DNA of 10,316 nt, from the NCBI GenBank assembly GCA_038247415.1, contig JBBRUX010000075.1, positions 1 to 10,316 on the forward strand. Reading direction: 5' to 3'. The notes beneath the pieces are model-generated. The model saw nothing but the letters and a program-made list of their open reading frames with translations. It searched no databases and was not told the DNA's origin. Made by a program: the position numbers and the translations under genes. The number at the start of each line of letters is the position of its first letter. The first letter of the stretch is position 1. Shown in pieces: positions 8,236 to 10,316 of this stretch. This DNA is from Chitinivibrionales bacterium. GTDB lineage: Bacteria; Fibrobacterota; Chitinivibrionia; Chitinivibrionales; WJKA01.

Positions 8236-8829
8236 ATGAGATTGACAAAAAATTTAAAGCAGATTACTTTTAGCGTTCTTGTACTGCTCATTCTCGCATG
8301 CTCATTCGTTATGGGATGCGCATCTGCTCCACGATTTACCCGCAAACCTTCTCAAACATATCTTCCACCAAGCCAACCCCAAAGGCCCTCTCCGCCGGCA
8401 ACACCAGCAACAGCACCCGTGCATAACAAACAGAGCGAACCCGATTTTTCAACCCAGGCTCCCCAACCAAAGCCAGTTCAAAATAGTGACACATCGGATA
8501 AAGATCAGCCGCTCAAAACAGAAAAACCAACTGCTTCGTTTCATGCTCGCGGAAAAGCCACGTATTATGCGAACTCTTTTCAAGGGCATAAAACAACAAA
8601 CGGAGAACGGTATAACAGACATGCACTTACCGCAGCCCATAGAACACTTCCGTTTGGAACACGCGTTCGGGTTACCAACACAAAAAATTCTAAGTCGGTA
8701 ATTGTTCGCATTAATGACCGGGGCCCCTTTACAAAAAACCTTTTAATCGACCTCTCATATGCTGCTGCACAGGAGATCGATATGATCCGTGCAGGAGTAG
8801 TGCTTGTAGATCTGGAGACTGTCCCATGA
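8236..8829 (+). CDS. rlpA: RlpA-family lytic transglycosylase lipoprotein (DPBB domain, no SPOR domain)
   Basis: Lipoprotein leader ending VMGC, then a Pro/Gln-rich linker, then [37 protein letters not shown]. The start could instead be the in-frame TTG at 8242, which is better spaced from AAGGA. Confidence 0.9.
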   Translation: MRLTKNLKQITFSVLVLLILACSFVMGCASAPRFTRKPSQTYLPPSQPQRPSPPATPATAPVHNKQSEPDFSTQAPQPKPVQNSDTSDKDQPLKTEKPTASFHARGKATYYANSFQGHKTTNGERYNRHALTAAHRTLPFGTRVRVTNTKNSKSVIVRINDRGPFTKNLLIDLSYAAAQEIDMIRAGVVLVDLETVP

Positions 8830-9782
8830 GAATATTAAGCCCTCTTTCATATATACCAACCATCAAAGGCCTTATTGCAAATGCGCTGCTTGGCGAACGG
8901 AGATATCCGTTTTATGCATCGTTTAAACTTACCTGCCGATGCCACTTTGGATGTCCCTATTGCAATGTAAAAAATGATCCTACGCCAGATTTGTCAACCG
9001 ATGCCATAAAGGCTGTTCTCGATAATCTTTCAAGATCATCGGTTCTCATGGTGAGTTTTGAAGGAGGCGAACCTCTTTTGCGTACCGATATATTGGAATT
9101 ATTGCGCTATGCACGTACAAAGCGGTTTTATCTGCTCTTTACAACAAGCGTACGAGATCTACTCTCATATCCCCTAGCTGAGTATGCCCCTCTTATCGAC
9201 TTTTTGCATATATCAATCGACGAAGGGCACAACAACCTCGCGCTTTTTGATGCACTACCAACTCTAACAAAATTGCCGACGCACGTTTCTGTGCAAACGG
9301 TAGTAACCAAAGATACAATAGGTGCCCTTGCCGAAAAAGTACGGATGTGTCACGAGGCAGGCGCCAATATTGTTATTATTCCTGCAGCAGTCATGGATAA
9401 AGCAGAGGATCATTTTCCCGACATGGATGCCTTCGAAGCGCATGTTGCTGATCTGCGAAAAAAATACCCCGCCACAATACATACGCCACAGGGATTTTTT
9501 AAAGCGTATAAAAATCATCAATGCTCGCCCGCGTCAACCATAATTGCCCCCGATGGGAAACTGTACTACCCGTGTAATATTCAAGGAACCAAAGGACCCG
9601 ACCTTGCTATCACCGATCTTAACACGTGGCTTGCAACGCCCGAATCACAAGTGCTGCGCACTACTATGAAAACCTGTACCAAAAATTGTGGGTGGTACCA
9701 ATATTACTCGATTGATTCATATACATCGCTCGGATCGGTTCTTGATGCCCTGCGGCCAATTTTTCGTTTTGGGAAAAAATAG
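8826..9782 (+). CDS. Radical SAM protein with C-terminal SPASM/Twitch-like Cys motif, substrate unknown
   Basis: CHFGCPYC (CxxxCxxC) and EGGEPLLR. C-terminal [21 protein letters not shown] overlap with the rlpA stop. Confidence 0.88.
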   Translation: MRILSPLSYIPTIKGLIANALLGERRYPFYASFKLTCRCHFGCPYCNVKNDPTPDLSTDAIKAVLDNLSRSSVLMVSFEGGEPLLRTDILELLRYARTKRFYLLFTTSVRDLLSYPLAEYAPLIDFLHISIDEGHNNLALFDALPTLTKLPTHVSVQTVVTKDTIGALAEKVRMCHEAGANIVIIPAAVMDKAEDHFPDMDAFEAHVADLRKKYPATIHTPQGFFKAYKNHQCSPASTIIAPDGKLYYPCNIQGTKGPDLAITDLNTWLATPESQVLRTTMKTCTKNCGWYQYYSIDSYTSLGSVLDALRPIFRFGKK

Positions 9783-9810
9783 TATAGACAGATCGCGATC
9801 TGTCTATTAC
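9782..9810. repeat. REP-like palindrome, copy 1 (upstream of RAYT)
   Basis: GTATAGACAGATCGCGATCTGTCTATTAC, containing a perfect 24-bp palindrome at 9784-9807. Homologous to the palindrome at 10148-10175. Confidence 0.8.
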
Positions 9811-9816
9811 AGGAGG
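9811..9816 (+). promoter_or_regulatory. Shine-Dalgarno sequence of the RAYT gene
   Basis: AGGAGG followed by AAAA and GTG 9821. Confidence 0.8.
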
Positions 9817-9820
9817 AAAA

Positions 9821-10316
9821 GTGAACCGAGCCAGAAAACAGAATCGTTTGGACGGATACGATTATTCAACCCCTGGTTTTTATTTTATCACGATTTGTGC
9901 AAACAACCGTTTTGAAAACCCAAACATTTTTGGGGAAATTGTGCATGGCGCCATGGCAATGAATAATAATGGCCGAATTATTCAGCAACAATGGAAATGG
10001 CTGTTTGAACAATATGGCCATATTGAAAACGATGAATACATTATAATGCCGGATCATGTGCATGCGATAATTCATATTGTTGACAATCGCCCATTCGCAT
10101 CATTCGCATCATTCGCATCATTCGCATCATTCGCATCATTCGCATCCGTAGGGACAGGTCGCGACCTGTCCCTACGGATACAACCACCACCACAACCACC
10201 ACCACAACCACCACCACAACCACCACCACAACCACCACCACAACCACCACCACAACCACCACCACAACCACCACCACAACCACAACCACAACCACAACCA
10301 GAACCACCACAACCAC
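9821..10316 (+). CDS. REP-associated tyrosine transposase (RAYT; IS200-like Y1/HUH family), 3' partial, with in-frame repeat insert
   Basis: Translated by hand: MNRARKQNRLDGYDYSTPGFYFITICANNRFENPNIFGEIVHGAMAMNNNGRIIQQQWKWLFEQYGHIENDEYIIMPDHVHAIIHIVDNRP(FAS)6VGTGRDLSLRI(QPPP)8(QP)4EPPQP. RLxGYDYS..YFITIC, FGEI and MPDHVH (HUH, 10055-10063) are RAYT hallmarks. No stop before the window end. The catalytic Tyr is not within the window. Confidence 0.9.
   Translation, partial: MNRARKQNRLDGYDYSTPGFYFITICANNRFENPNIFGEIVHGAMAMNNNGRIIQQQWKWLFEQYGHIENDEYIIMPDHVHAIIHIVDNRPFASFASFASFASFASFASVGTGRDLSLRIQPPPQPPPQPPPQPPPQPPPQPPPQPPPQPPPQPQPQPQPEPPQP
10092..10146 (+). repeat. Tandem repeat (CATTCGCAT)x6
   Basis: Six perfect 9-bp units at 10092-10145, encoding (FAS)6 in the RAYT frame. 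Confidence 0.97.
10144..10179. repeat. REP-like palindrome, copy 2 (inside the RAYT ORF)
   Basis: ATCCGTAGGGACAGGTCG|CGACCTGTCCCTACGGAT is a perfect 36-bp palindrome. The core begins GTAG and ends CTAC, as in GTAG-family REPs. Confidence 0.92.
10181..10316 (+). repeat. Tandem repeat (CAACCACCACCA)x8 followed by (CAACCA)x4 and variants, running off the window
   Basis: Eight perfect 12-bp units at 10181-10276, four 6-bp units at 10277-10300, then GAACCA CCA CAA CCA C. Encodes (QPPP)8(QP)4EPPQP. Confidence 0.97.

Noticed and set aside
9688..10075. ORFs 9688-9915 (+) and 9866-10075 (-)
   Set aside because: Shadow frames overlapping the radical SAM and RAYT genes, with no motifs.
10041..10316. 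Minus-strand poly-Val / MRM ORF (91 aa)
   Set aside because: It is the antisense reading of the tandem repeats. The plus frame has an SD and RAYT motifs.
10092..10316. CRISPR array or telomere interpretation of the repeats
   Set aside because: Units are 6-12 bp head-to-tail with no unique spacers and no cas genes. They lie in frame within a bacterial ORF.

Overview
Bacterial chromosomal window, inferred to be Fibrobacterota/FCB-like from a T9SS-type C-terminal tail. It carries pyrimidine biosynthesis genes in two divergent blocks: pyrR-pyrB-pyrC on the minus strand and pyrK-pyrD on the plus strand. Between them lie a secreted beta-propeller-like protein, a PKD-domain lipoprotein and an orphan fucU. 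Next come rlpA and a translationally coupled radical SAM gene. The main find is at the right edge and is missing from the ORF track because it runs off the window. It is a REP-associated tyrosine (HUH/Y1) transposase (RAYT) starting at GTG 9821. Just after its HUH motif it carries an in-frame cassette of (CATTCGCAT)x6, a perfect 36-bp REP-like palindrome and (CAACCACCACCA)x8 decaying into 6-mers. A second, covarying copy of the palindrome sits directly in front of the RAYT ribosome-binding site. The left edge (1-290) is a GC-rich (~62% by hand count), apparently non-coding stretch densely packed with hairpins, including several cGNAg triloops, of unknown function.
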